From contig NW_003314330.1 in the NCBI RefSeq assembly GCF_000143415.4, positions 310,001 through 374,000 of the forward strand: DNA of 64,000 nucleotides. The letters are read 5' to 3'. The stretch is from Selaginella moellendorffii. Lineage: Eukaryota > Plantae > Lycopodiophyta. Shown here one piece after another: positions 38,027 to 50,269 of this stretch. Made by a program: the position numbers and the translations under genes. Below the pieces are notes generated by a model. It was not told where the DNA came from, made no database searches, and saw only the letters and a list, made by a program, of their open reading frames with translations. Positions within the stretch are counted from its first letter, which is position 1; each line of letters opens with the position of its first letter.

Positions 38027-39339
38027 ATGTCGGGGGTTTCTTCTTCCTCTCCACCTCCAGCGACGATTGAATTGTCCTGTTTTAGGCGATCGGAGCTATA
38101 TTACGCGTCGGATTCGCCGTCGCCCACTCCCAATGCCGCTGGCAGCGACGACTCCCCTGTTTCCGTGGCAGGGAACTCGCAATTCCTCTCCAGCAGCGAC
38201 TGTAGCAGCAATGGGGAGTGCTGCTCGTCTGGAATGGCGCCGTGGGAGCTTGACGAGGTGGATCCACTAGGGGCGCGCAGCACCGACAAGGAGATGATTC
38301 CAATGACGCAGATATTCATGGTTTGTGGACCCTGGATCGACGAGCCCGCAAAAACATGGAGAGAAAAAAATTAAATTCCTCGCGCTCTCTCTCTCTGTTT
38401 TGTAGGATCGGGCCGGCAACGACCATCGTGCTTTCACGCATCGTGGACGCCTGGTGTATACTCGAGCTCCAGCGCAAAAGGTAGAAATCAATCCCGCAAT
38501 CCAGATCTTTGCTAACTGTTTCCTAGAACCAAACGACAGGCGCTAAATTGTCCGGCGAGATTGAAGAAGAACAAGCAGCTAAACGCGGAAGAGGTGCTCC
38601 AGCCGAAGCCGATCGAGCAGAGTGTGAGAGATGAGCCGGATCTATCGATGAAGCTCAACAAGGTGGAACTCCTAAAGCTCCAGAGCCAGGTGGAGGAGCT
38701 CAAGCTAAAGGTGCGAGACAAGGAGGGATTGCTCCAATCCATCAAGCAGTCGGCGCAGTCGGACATCAAACTCCTGGAAGAGGCCGAGATCTCGGATCTT
38801 CGGAACAAGGTCGACTTCCTCCACACGGAATTGCTAAGGAGGGATTTTCTCGTGCATTCGCTCCAGCACCAACTCTCCGAGAAACACGTAAGTCATAGAT
38901 TCTCTGTTTTTGTTCTTACCTTCTCTCTCTTATAGGTGGAGATGGGAAACATGAAACTCTTGATCCAGGGGTTGCAGAACGAGTTGGCAAAACGAGAACA
39001 CAAGCACTCGCAGATGGAAAGCGACATGGATGATCTCCGGTTTGAGGTAGCAGCGCTCAGATATGAGAACCAAATAGCGGGAAGTCCACACTTTGTGCCA
39101 CAACCGGATCAAATGATGATCATGAGCTGCGAGGTAAGATCGTCAATCAAAGCCTTAGTTCCGAGTGATCGATGCAAGCTTTCATGGATGAACAGAGCAT
39201 GGAAGAAACGAGAGACAGATACCTTGCGGCTGTCTTGGCAGCGAAAAACAAACCCGCAGAGGAATCAATAGCGCTAGCTGCCGAATTGAGACACCAGTTG
39301 CGAGACTTTGTCACGCTGCCACACGTATTTCACGAATGA
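38027..39339 (+). CDS. MPB2C: MICROTUBULE BINDING PROTEIN 2C-like coiled-coil protein; multi-exon
   Basis: EMIPMTQIFMDR..FTHRGRLVYTRAP; ELLKLQSQVEELKLKVRDKE; MEETRDRYLAAVLAAK..EESIALAAELR match recalled MPB2C blocks. Confidence 0.75.
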
Positions 39340-39508
39340 AAGGCGACGACTTCCTCCTTTGTTTGAGTTGCCCGAGGTAAGCTCGTACTTTGTTAAGATT
39401 TTTCTTTCTTTTCTTGACACCACCGAGAATGCTTCGCAGCGTCGGGAAGAACAAAGCAAAGCAAAGCAAAGCAAATCACGGAACCAGTTTTCTAGTTTCG
39501 GAAAAGAA

Positions 39509-40819
39509 TCAAAGAATTGTCGACATCTCGATCGCCTCAGTGGCAACTGGAGTAACGCTTCCACCACAAACGTCCCTTTGCAACTGTGCGTGGGTCTGGG
39601 TGAGACTGGAGACGTCGTCTTGGAGCGCTTTTAGCTCTTGCAGGGCGCTCCTCGCGTCCTCTTTCGTTACTAACACCAGTCTCTCCATGGGATTGCGCTC
39701 GAAATGGGATGACCTGTAAGAAAAATTCCCTGATGTTACTGAAAGCAGTAAAAGAAAAGCTTGAAACGGTGAAAAGAAGCTAAAGTAACCTGGATCGTTC
39801 GGACAATCTGTTTAGATCGTTAGCGAAATTTCGGAAGTACTCCTCCTCGTTGCAAATGACGTTGTAGATAACTTCCCAGTTGCGAGCCCAGAAGTAATAA
39901 AACACTGCCCCTGCTACAGCGAGCGAGAGAAAGGCCCGACCTCTGGGATTGCAGTAAGTCTTGGCCGCCAAAGTCACCACCGAGAGAAGGAAAAGGAAAA
40001 ACGACATGATCCCACCGATTCGAATCTGTCTGCTCCACAAAACACGGTCGAGTTGAATGACACGCGCAAGAGATGAAAGTTTAAAGAGCTTACCGGAATT
40101 CGTTCCATTGAGACATGATGTTTCGGAGCTGGAAAGCAAACCAGAAAAAGATCAGCGAGTATAGAGGAAGCATACAGATGGTGACAATGGCAAACGCCTT
40201 CTTGTGGACAACGCAGTCTTGCAAGTCAGCACAGTACCTGCGATTAAACAAGCGGCGCCAAGCAAGTATTAGAAAAGTATGAAATAGAAAAAAAAGAAAA
40301 AGAAAAAGAAAAAGAAAAAAAACGAAAAAAAAAGGAGACTTACTTGACAGCACCCATAGCGGACGCCAAACTCGAGATGACGATCGTAGGGGAGAGCAGA
40401 ACGACGAGAGGAAGGACAGTGAGCTTGAGATGGTCTTGCCTGAGCACACGCATTTTCCTGATGGTCACCAAATAGAGCTGCCCCATTCGGACGGTGAGGC
40501 AATTAAGCCAGAGAGCAAACCCAAAGCAAGCCTGGAGCCAAAACGTCCACAGCGAGCAGATGTTGAATGGTATCTTGTTCACCCGCGGGAAGTGCTTCAT
40601 AACGATGACAGTGGCTAGCACCCAAATCAATCCCCCGACCGAGCTCAGCGAAGTTAGCCACACACCCCTGGCATGTATCGGCTTGTAGTCCCTGCGCCTA
40701 ATCAGTATCGTGTTCCCAGCTATGTGTATCACACAGCCTACCGCTATGACGCTCACCACTACATAATCCCACGCGGTGGGCTCTTGCCCATCGCTGTGGC
40801 ATCCTCCTCCTTTCTCCAT
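39509..40819 (-). CDS. RGS1-type seven-transmembrane protein lacking an RGS domain (4 exons)
   Basis: Exons 40819-40344, 40237-40094, 40029-39790 and 39713-39509 join in frame; seven hydrophobic segments; DYVVVSV, CSLWTFWLQACFGFALWLNC..QLY and NEFRQI resemble the AtRGS1 7TM region. Confidence 0.75.
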
Positions 40820-41323
40820 CTTCTCCCCTCCGCTATCATGCTACTCTACCGCTACTCTACACCTGTGATGTCTTCCCTGTGAATCCTGAGAACTTTGCAG
40901 CCGCTCTGACTTACAGGGCGAAATCTTCTGTGCTCTGACTTGTTCGTCGACCTCCCAGCTCCCAGCTCCCAGCTGCAAAAGCTCCAAGCTCTCCTGCAGA
41001 GAAAACAGCGCGGCTTAGGGCGGTGAAAGAGCATTTTGCTTACGAGTCTTGACCGTGCCTGGGACTGTTCAAACGTTGACTCGATGAACTTGTGGCGAGC
41101 GCGTTTTTCACTACGCTGCTTCAAACTGGGTCGGGCACTGTCGGGCTCGGGCGACGACTTTTTGTATCAACTTTCTGTTTGTCCACGTTCGCCACGAACA
41201 GCACCTTCCCCTCCCGTCTGACAATTTTCCATCCGTGCGAGTGCAACTGTTAGGAACAATCTGCTTGGAAGTTGCATCCTGCCTTACCGTATGCCGACGA
41301 GCGAGAATTCAAAAGTAGAAAGC

Positions 41324-43114
41324 TTACTTGGCTCCTTGTGGATCGAAATGCTTCCTCAAGTATGTGTCGTGTACCTTTTGGTCGTATATCGCAGCTTCGT
41401 TCTTGGATAACTTCAAGGTGGTGTACGAGACGCGATCCGGGAAGCATCCGTTGTCCACCATCATCTGGAAAATCCCTCGAGCCTCCTCCTCCCGCTGCTC
41501 CCTGCAGAAGGACTTGATGATGGAATTGTAGGTGATGACGTTTGGCTTGAAGTCGGCTTGAATCATCTGGTGGAGCAACTTCACGGCGGTGTCGGGCTGT
41601 TGCGCCTTGCAGAAGGCTCCGATCAGAGTGTTGTAAGTAACGTTGCTGGGAATGGATCCCCTCTGGTACATCGACTTAAAGAGCTGGTGAGCCTCATGCA
41701 AGTCCCCGGCCTTGCAAAACTTGTGAATCACAACGTTCATGGTTTTGGTGTCGAGGATGTAGCCACTTCCCAGCATCCGGCCCAGGAGCTCGAGGCTGTC
41801 ATAGGTTCTCCCGGCATTTGCAAACGCGACAACCAGGATTTTGTAGCTCACGTCGTCGGTCTTGCATCCCTGGCTATACATCGATAGCAGCACCTGGTAA
41901 GCCTCGTCTAGCCTGCTGTTCTTGCACAGCATCAGCAGCACTGTCCGGTAGTTCACCTGGTTCGGCCGAGTTCCTTCCTGGATCATCTTCTCCAGGAGAC
42001 TTAAAGCCTCGGTCGTTCTGTCACCCTCGGCGGTGGAAAGTGCGGTGAAGAGGCTGTTGTAAGTGACGACGTTCCTCTTCTCCAGCGCGTTGAGCAGCCT
42101 GTAAGCCTCGTCGATGCTATTGTTCTTGCAGAAGATATCCAAGATCATCGTGTAAGTTATGACATCCGCCCGGCACCCCCGCTGAGACATCTCCTTGAGC
42201 AGCATCAAGACCTCGTCCAGCCTCTCCAGCTTGCGAAACCCATCGATGAGCGCATTGTAAGTTACCACGTTTGGAGAGCACCCCTTCTTCACCATCTCCG
42301 TCACCAGCCCATACGCTTCATGAGGCTGGCCCGACTTGCAAAGAGCGTCCACGAGAGTGCTGTAAGTGTAGACGTTTGGAGCACAGTCCTCTCCAATCCT
42401 TCTAAAGTGTAGCAAAGCTTGCGAGACTTTCCCTGCGGTGCACAGGCCCCGGATGATGGTCGTGTGGATCACCACGTTGGGACGAACTCCATTGCTTTTC
42501 ATCTCGTCCAGCAACTCTAGAGCTTGCTGGAACTCTCCGGCCTTGCAAAATCCTTGCATGAGGATGCCATAGCTGACCTCGTTCACTGCGTAGCTCCCCA
42601 GCAGCCTGTGCCTGTAAAACTCATACCCATCGCGATGCCTCTTAGAATCCACGAAGATCTGGAGCATACCATTGCAAGCGTAGATGCTGTGGTGGTAGGA
42701 CGGCAGCGATTCTGCCCAGTTGAAGAACACCACCGCCAAGTCGGGATTATCGATCCTCTCCAGCACTCTCCACGCAATCTCCCGAGACAGGCAGCGGATG
42801 TGAAGCGCGAGGCTGGATTTCGCGTTCTCGGGGCAGGGCGCGCTGCCGAGAATGCTGAGAATCACCCTCGCCGCGATGAGCGCCTCGATCTGGCGGCTGT
42901 TCCGGCCGGGCGAGGACGCGGCGATGGCAGCACTGGCGGCATTGGCACGGGATTCTTGCTCCGCCGAGGGCATGACGCTGCGATGATCCGCTTCCTTGTG
43001 CTGCCAGAGCCAGAATCTCGACAAGAAGCTGGGCGCTGGCGGCATGCCGGGGAAATTGTAATGGTACCTGGAAGAGGAAGGCGCTCCATAGATCGCAGAA
43101 GAACACAATGCCAT
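41324..43114 (-). CDS. P-class PPR protein
   Basis: Tandem 35-aa repeats (PNVVTYNALIDGF..; TYNTLIGAFCKA); first ATG (MALCSS) at 43114; a possible GT donor at the ORF's end. Confidence 0.92.
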   Translation of the reverse strand: MALCSSAIYGAPSSSRYHYNFPGMPPAPSFLSRFWLWQHKEADHRSVMPSAEQESRANAASAAIAASSPGRNSRQIEALIAARVILSILGSAPCPENAKSSLALHIRCLSREIAWRVLERIDNPDLAVVFFNWAESLPSYHHSIYACNGMLQIFVDSKRHRDGYEFYRHRLLGSYAVNEVSYGILMQGFCKAGEFQQALELLDEMKSNGVRPNVVIHTTIIRGLCTAGKVSQALLHFRRIGEDCAPNVYTYSTLVDALCKSGQPHEAYGLVTEMVKKGCSPNVVTYNALIDGFRKLERLDEVLMLLKEMSQRGCRADVITYTMILDIFCKNNSIDEAYRLLNALEKRNVVTYNSLFTALSTAEGDRTTEALSLLEKMIQEGTRPNQVNYRTVLLMLCKNSRLDEAYQVLLSMYSQGCKTDDVSYKILVVAFANAGRTYDSLELLGRMLGSGYILDTKTMNVVIHKFCKAGDLHEAHQLFKSMYQRGSIPSNVTYNTLIGAFCKAQQPDTAVKLLHQMIQADFKPNVITYNSIIKSFCREQREEEARGIFQMMVDNGCFPDRVSYTTLKLSKNEAAIYDQKVHDTYLRKHFDPQGAK

Positions 43115-43359
43115 AGCTAGGGTTTTAGAGCGCGAATTTGAAAACTCTCCAGATTCCAATCCATAGGCAATTCGATTCCATTAATTCGATCCAACTCGCG
43201 CAACTGTGATTGTTCTTGTGAAATTCGATCACAGTGGAGTGGTCGATCGAAGAAAAGAAGTGCTTTCTACGTGGCTGGCACTTGTCCAAGAATCGATCAA
43301 CACGCACGGATCATATAAATTCGACCATGGAGTAGAAATTTATTAGGGTTTTGGACAAA

Positions 43360-45754
43360 ATGATAGCTCGGCCCACGAATCCAATGGTTTCCTCTTTGCT
43401 CAATGAGATGTACCACGTAACTACAGCGTACGCGTACTGGAAGGCTGGCAAGCACCTCGATCGCGCAGTGTAATCCAATTTCGATCCTTTTCTCTCGCTG
43501 ATTCGGTTCGTTTCTTCTTCCAGCTTTGATCTGTGCCACTGCAAGCCTCCATTCGGGGGCGAATTCACAGTCTTCGCGGGGCTGGAGGAATGCCTTCGTT
43601 TCGTTGCGAATTTCGGGTTTGAGGACTGTGGGATCGATTACTTGCGGAGTGTCATGCCTTCTTATGTGGAGGTAGTCTAAGTTTTCTCGATCGCATAGAG
43701 ATCTCTCTAGTGAATTTTCCAGGACGAGTTCTTCGGGAGCTTGAAAGCGCTCGACTGCTCGCAAGTGATCATCCATGCGATTCCAGAGGGAACAGTGGTT
43801 TTTCCGCGGGTTCCATTGATACGAATCGAAGGGCCTCTTTGGGTAAACGAAAAAGGCCTCATTTTTCTTCGTAGTGATCTTGGTCTTGCAGGTGGTGCAA
43901 TTGCTCGAGACAACTTTCTTGGCACTTGTGAATTACGCATCTCTCGTCGCTACAAATGCCGCAAGATACAGACTCGTTGCTGGAAGCTCCAAAGTTTTGC
44001 TTGAATTTGGCCTTCGTCGAGCCCAAGTAGCTAAAGTTTTCCAGAGTTTTCACAGAGAACTCGATCTAAACTTTTTGTTTCTTCTAAATTCCAGGGCCCA
44101 GATGGTAGCATCAGTGCATCAAAATACTGCTACTTAGGTGGCTTTGACTTCACAAGGTGGTCCAGCTTTCACGAATTTTCTTCTAGAAATTCTGTCTCTT
44201 TGCAGTAATCTCGAGGCTGGACGGCTTTTTGGCATACCAGTGGGTGGAACACATTCGCATGCTTTCGTGAGCTCATTCATGGTAAAAATCTCATTCACGT
44301 TTTTTTTTCTTTTTCTGTTTCCATGGTTTTGATTTTAATAACAGGGCCTTGATGAGATTGCGTTGTCTCGCACTTCTGAAAATACAAAATTTTGCAAAGA
44401 CTTTGGCGCAAGGATACAGCATTGGCTTAGCAAACTCAAGGCAAAGTTTTATTCTTTTTTCTCTGTTTATTTGTTATATTTTTGTCTTCATTTTTGTTTT
44501 TTTGTTTTTTTTTTTTTTCAGGCCGTGGAATCTCTTCATGTAAAAGAGACCAACGAGAGCGAACTCGCGGCATTTGGATCGTATGCCTTGGCATTTCCGG
44601 AGGGATTTCTTGCGCTCGTCGATACATACGACGTAAATGCATACATCTTATGATGGTTTTGACTTTGCTTTTCAGGTGATGAAAAGTGGTGTTCCAAACT
44701 TTTGTGCAGTTGCATTGGCACTCCATAGCCTGGGGTAAGCTTTTCATTGCTAAACTCTGAAAATTATCATTCCTCCAAAGCTAATTCGTACATGCTTAAC
44801 ATAAACTTTGGTATTAATCTCAGATACAAGGCCCGTGGCATACGCTTGGATTCTGGAGACCTGTCGTACCTCTCAAAGCAAGCCAGGGCTTTCTTTCGCA
44901 GCGTCGAGGAAGAACTCAACATCTCAGGCTTTGGAAACACAACGATAATCGCGAGCAATGATATAAACGAGGACACCATCGACGCTTTGACAAAGCAGGC
45001 AAGCAGCAGCGATTCAAAGATCACAAAATACCTCGATTGATTTGATTCCTCAAAATTTGCGTCCAGGCTGACGAGATCAATGGGTTTGGGATTGGAACTC
45101 AGCTGGTGACGTGCTACAAGCAGCCAGCGCTGGGTTGCATTTACAAGCTCGTGGAAGTAAATGGCCACTCCCGGATCAAAATCTCCGAGGACGTGGCCAA
45201 AGTCACCATTCCTTGCAAGAAACAGTGCTACAGGCTTTACGGCGAACAAGGCTTTGCTTTGGTAGATTTGATGCAAAAGGACGAGGAGCCGGCTCCTCAA
45301 GTAAGTTGTTTTCTCCCAAATCGGAGAGATTCTAACAAGGAGAGTGATCTCTCCTCTCTCAGGCTGACGAACCAGTTCTTTGCCGGCATCCATTCAATCT
45401 CAACAAAGTTTACGTGGTTCCAAAACGAGTGGAGCCTCTGCTCCAGTGCTACTGGAAGGGATCACTAGGCAAGTTGGAAAAAATCCATCGTTTTCCTTAC
45501 GTTTTTCTTCAAATTTACAGAAAAAGAATTGCCATCGCTCAAAGAAACGCGAGAGTACTGTCGCCAGCAGCTGGCTGCAATGCGTCCGGATCATATGCGA
45601 ATTCGTAGTCCAACATCTTACAAGGTTTGAGAAGAACTCTTTCTCTCTCTGAGCTCTAAATATTTATCACGAACAGGTGAGTGTGAGCGCCCAGCTCTAC
45701 GATGACTTCCACACAGCCTTGTTCAACGAAGGTCCTGTCAAAGAGCTAAGATAG
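43360..45754 (+). CDS. NAPRT: Nicotinate phosphoribosyltransferase (divergent); many exons
   Basis: [10 protein letters not shown]; [16 protein letters not shown]; [12 protein letters not shown]; [11 protein letters not shown]; LVDTYDV; GIRLDSGDL; ASNDINE; [10 protein letters not shown]. Confidence 0.93.
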
Positions 45755-45874
45755 CAATGCTATCAAAGGTCTCTTGGTTAATTTTTTTTTTCGCGAAAAA
45801 CCTTGTGTACCATTTTTTTTTTCCGATATAACATGAAAGCTACCGGCCATTGCTTAGTACTTTTCCTAGGGTAG

Positions 45875-47273
45875 ATGGATCCGAGATGGAGGAGGAGGAA
45901 GAAGAGTGTTGTTGGATCCAAGTTTGGGTTTCGTGGTTTTTTCTATCTTCTGCTAGGCCTGGGATTGATGGCGCTACTACCGATCTTCTTCTACAGCCGC
46001 TTGAATCAAGTAAGGAAGTTTGTGACAAAATGTAGATCATCAAAACTTTGTTTCGTTTTGCTATAGGAAGGATCGAAAGAATGCGAATGGATAGAGAAGC
46101 CTCCGCTAGTTTGTGCTCACGGTGGTGACACCTCAAGAGCTCCTCCCAACACTGTAAGAATTTCTTTTCTCACTTCATCTGGATCTATTGTTCCATTTCT
46201 TCTTTTCATCTATGACTTTATTTTCTTACAGCTTATAGCTTACAAGCTTGCTCTAGATGCTGGAGTCGATTGCATGGAGATTGACGCATCGCAGACCAAA
46301 GATGGAGTTTTGGTGGCCTTGCACGACAGGTAAGCTTTCATCTTATGCTTTGCAACTTAAATAAAAAACCATTTTTTCTTTTGTTTTGGTTTCATTTTCA
46401 GAGAGCTGAACGACATGGCTAACACTTCTGGCCTTCGTGTTGGTGATCTCACCTTTGAACAGGTGCAAATATTGTTTCTTCGATTGGAAAGCTTTGTTCT
46501 TAAACTATTTCTAGTTCCAGATTCAAGAGCTCAATGCTGCTCGTGGCTTTCCTGACGAGTTTCAAGGCCAAAAAGTCCCAAGCCTCGATAACGCGTTAAG
46601 AGTGAGTAATTCTCTTGTTCACTTTTGTTTTCTAGCCTCACCTTCGTGCAGTATGTTTCCAGATTCCTCAAACATGTCGTAGTCGATGTCAAAGTTGGGC
46701 CGTCGCTGCGTGCAAAAGATCTTGCAGCTGAAATCAAGTCCACGGTATTACAAGTTTCAATTTAAGCTGGTGCTTTTCTTATAAAAACATCTCTAAACAG
46801 GTGGATAGAACTCACTGCAGGAATTGCATCGTCTGGTCAAAGGTAGACGACGTCGTTCGTTCCTACAAACGTGAATCACAAGCATTGGTGAGACTAAACT
46901 CCATAAGAAGAAAAAAACTTGGAAATCACTCTGCTTGTTATTGTTTCAGGCAGGCTACATTGTCATGGACACCCAAAAGATGAGAAAACCTCTGAGGATA
47001 AGCTCCGCCACCGTGGTTGGAGTTTTCCATGGGCTCATGGACAAAAGATTGGTTTCTACAATTCACAAGTGCATATAGTCTCTCTTGAAAGTTACCATTT
47101 TCTGAAGTTTCCATTTTCGCAGGGCCGACAAAGTGGTCTATGCCTGGACTGTGAACGAAGAAAACGATATGGTAAAAATGCTTCATCATGGTGTGGATTG
47201 TATCATCACCAGCCAACCGCGTTTACTCCAACAAGTCATGGAGCGAGAAAGATCAAGCTGCCAATTCATCTAA
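45875..47273 (+). CDS. GDPD4: Glycerophosphodiester phosphodiesterase GDPD4-like; multi-exon
   Basis: N-terminal TM; PPLVCAHGGD..PPNT; CMEIDASQTKDGVLVALHDR; VYAWTVN..GVDCIITSQP. Confidence 0.88.
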
Positions 47274-47524
47274 GATCAATCACTTGTTTACTTCGATTTT
47301 TTTTCATGGCCAAAGAAAGAAGAGAACGAAAGAATGTATCGAAAACCAAAACGATTCGTTTGTACTTCTTAGCTATTGTACAGATGGTCAATCAATCTCT
47401 GTGTGTCTGTGTGTCTGCGTGTGTCTGCGAACACAACTAAAAGCTAGATAGCACTGGTTAGAACAAAGTAAGTTTTGCGACTCCACCAACAAACCGAGAG
47501 AAGCGAGCGAGAGGAGAGTTTTCT

Positions 47525-50269
47525 TCACATAGTGATCTCCTCCAAGTCGGATGCCGATGGGTCGACTTGGTTGCTCCCGTCCGCGCCTTCCGGGAGCTCC
47601 GTGTCTGTAATCTCTTCGTCGTTGTCAGTGTTGGCTTCCTCGGCATCGCTGCCACCACCTCTCCCAAACTCCGGGTGGTGGTGCTCTCGAGTCACCTTCG
47701 TGAGCTCCTCCTCCATGGGGCCTTCCGAGGCCATTTCGTCCATGTCCATGGCACAAGCCTTCACGTTCCTAGAAACGCAAACGCGATGACAATGTGTGTC
47801 TCACGAGAAGCTTAGAACTGTACCTTGGCTGGTTTAGATTTAGAGTGTGGTTTTGTGGGATGGTCGATCCCTTTGACGTAGGCGCCATGTATCTATACCA
47901 CGACCTCAGGGTCTTGGCACTGATGTTTTGGTGACAGAACCACACCTGGGAGAAAAAGAAAGATGTTTTGAGAGCTTAAAGCTTTTATAGAAAGACTTAC
48001 ATTCGAACGAGGCTTGCTGATTGGCGTTAGAAACAATCGCCGCGGCTCGTCCTCGATGGGCTTGGATGGCAAATGCATGTAGTACTTATCCAGGCATTCG
48101 ACGACGTCCAGTTCGAAGGAACGGACGATTTCTCGGAAAACTTCTTTGTTTTTGAACTTCATTGCCCGGCGTTCGTCGTATCTGTGTCGTGTCAGTGAAC
48201 GTCACTACGATAAAAACATAGCAGACGACTTACTCCCAGAAAATGTTTCCTTTCTCGTCAGAACTCCGGCGAAACTCAAGGTCGGTGGTGTCATACAGCT
48301 CCATGTAGCCAAATATTCGAAATCTGTGAATGAGGTAGTAGCAGAGCCGCCTGGCCAGACCATGAGCATGCGTCGTCTGATTGGCAGGATGATGCAATAT
48401 GTCCTCTTCAGATGCAGGGCCCCTGTCGTTTACTCTCCTCTTCTTTGCACTACCTCCGTGAATGATGCTGTATTTCATGGCCTCTAAACATGCTAGTCGA
48501 GCCTTCTCGAAGATGATATCCTTGCTTGCATCAACAGTAGGCCCGTCGTACTTGCCTTGCAAATAGAGTGATCTGTAGTGAGAGCGCAATATCCGAACAA
48601 AAGCCCGAAACATACTCTTCAAACTGCCCAAGAAAACCACGATTGTCTAGGAACAAGAGCAATGAAGCTACCTTTCAGAAGGAAACAAACTCCCGTTGCG
48701 TTTCTTCACCATGAGAAAGAATTTGACCAGGCTATCAGCAAACTCGTTCAACGGCATATCTTCTATCTGCTTTTCTGGCAAACCTTGCTCTTTTCGCCAT
48801 TCCATGTAGTGGCGCCTGCAAAAAAGAAAAAAAGGAAAAAGCGCTCTAAACACCACGCGGAAAGAAGAAAATGAACTAACCTGGCCCATGTCATTACACC
48901 AGAGTTTACTTCCTCGGAGTTTTCCACTTTACGTTTGTCGCCCACAAAATTGAGCATTTCCGAGCCCAATGGACTGCATGCAGCAGATTCTAAAGGCCCA
49001 GGTGTTAAAAGCGCGTCATCCTTCCTATCAGCCATATGACTCTCACCAATAATCCCTTCCTCTTTCTTGTCGGAAACTGCAGAAGTTTAAGAAGTATATG
49101 AGTCCCGGACGATTGCAAACAGTTTAGTTGAGAGCAACCAAGCAAAACTTTCGACATACGACCTGAATGCACACTTGTATACGACTTCTCCTGGTATCTA
49201 CCTTCTACTTTGGTGGTCCTCCCATAGCGATTAGCTGCCGCAAGCTTCAAAGCCGATGAACGAGTAGAATTGACTCTTCCTTCGCTACAGTTGATAAGTG
49301 ACCTGGATGGCTTGTTACAAGAAAACTGATGCGGTTAATAACCAGACCAGCCTCCTAGTAAACTGATCCTCCTACCTGAATAAGCGTCGCCAGAGGAGGA
49401 GAAACATCAGGCCGCCAGTTTGTAGTTTTACTCGAGATGAAGTGAACGGAAGTTGGCTTGCCCTGTACAACAGCATCTAGTACTTTGGCACATTTTTCCT
49501 GTAGGACGCAACACTCACGTAAACCATTGAAATAGTCAGCTAGACACACCTTTTCCTCCTTCAAAGCTCTCTCGAGATGAGAAATCTGACCCTTGGCTGC
49601 AAAACAACAAGGATAAGCTATTATTCCACGAGGGGAAGCTATTTTACCATGCATAAGTGAGTCAAACAGCTCCCAGGCGAGAGTTCCCATCGTATCGTTT
49701 GCGCAGCGTCCTTGAGAGAGTTCCAAGTCGAGGGCAACCTCTCTGGCTGCCCCGTGCACATTGATCCAAGTCTTTAAGCGCGCACAGGAAGCACCTACAC
49801 GAGAGAAAAGTACAGAGAGTTACGTAACACGTAAAATTCAATCGCGCACCTTCTCCTCCCACAGCACTAGCTGGTCCTCCCAGCTCGACTTTAACTTTGC
49901 TCGATGAAAACCCATCGTGCAAGCCTTGAAGATACGTGGTAAATCCATCCTTGATGCCAATCGACTCTTTCTGTATCCATGAAGATCACGATCGCGATCA
50001 AACAAAAAAGAAAAAGGAAAGAAGCTCACCAGATTATTGAGGTACTCGCAAGTGAAGCTCCCGTGCCAAGTGTTGTAGTGAAAATCCGAGGTAAGGACAT
50101 GCAAGTGCCCGGAATTGGAAGGATGGATGTAGAACAAGAATGGCATCAGTGCCGCATTGCGTGCGTGTGGAGAAGCCGGATCAAGCTGGCCCTGCGCCTT
50201 GTTGCAAACTGCCCTAAAGCCGATGAGAGGGCAAGGCTCGCCATCGTTCTCCATGATGTGATCCTCCAT
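47525..50269 (-). CDS. Predicted multi-exon fusion: XRCC4/XLF/PAXX-like head and coiled coil, Crypton/DUF3504 recombinase-like domain, acidic tail
   Basis: Phase-consistent GT-AG exon chain from ATG 50269 to stop 47525. N-terminal PFLFYIH..LHVLTSDFHYNTW..LKESIGI..TMGTLAWELF. C-terminal LVKFFLMVKKRNGSLFPSESLKSM..RLFLTP..WFCHQNISAKTL..NHTLN. Confidence 0.72.

Noticed and set aside
28770-50269. DNA-repair cluster (BRCA1 plus PAXX-like fusion)
   Set aside because: Many unrelated genes lie between them; proximity is expected in a compact genome.
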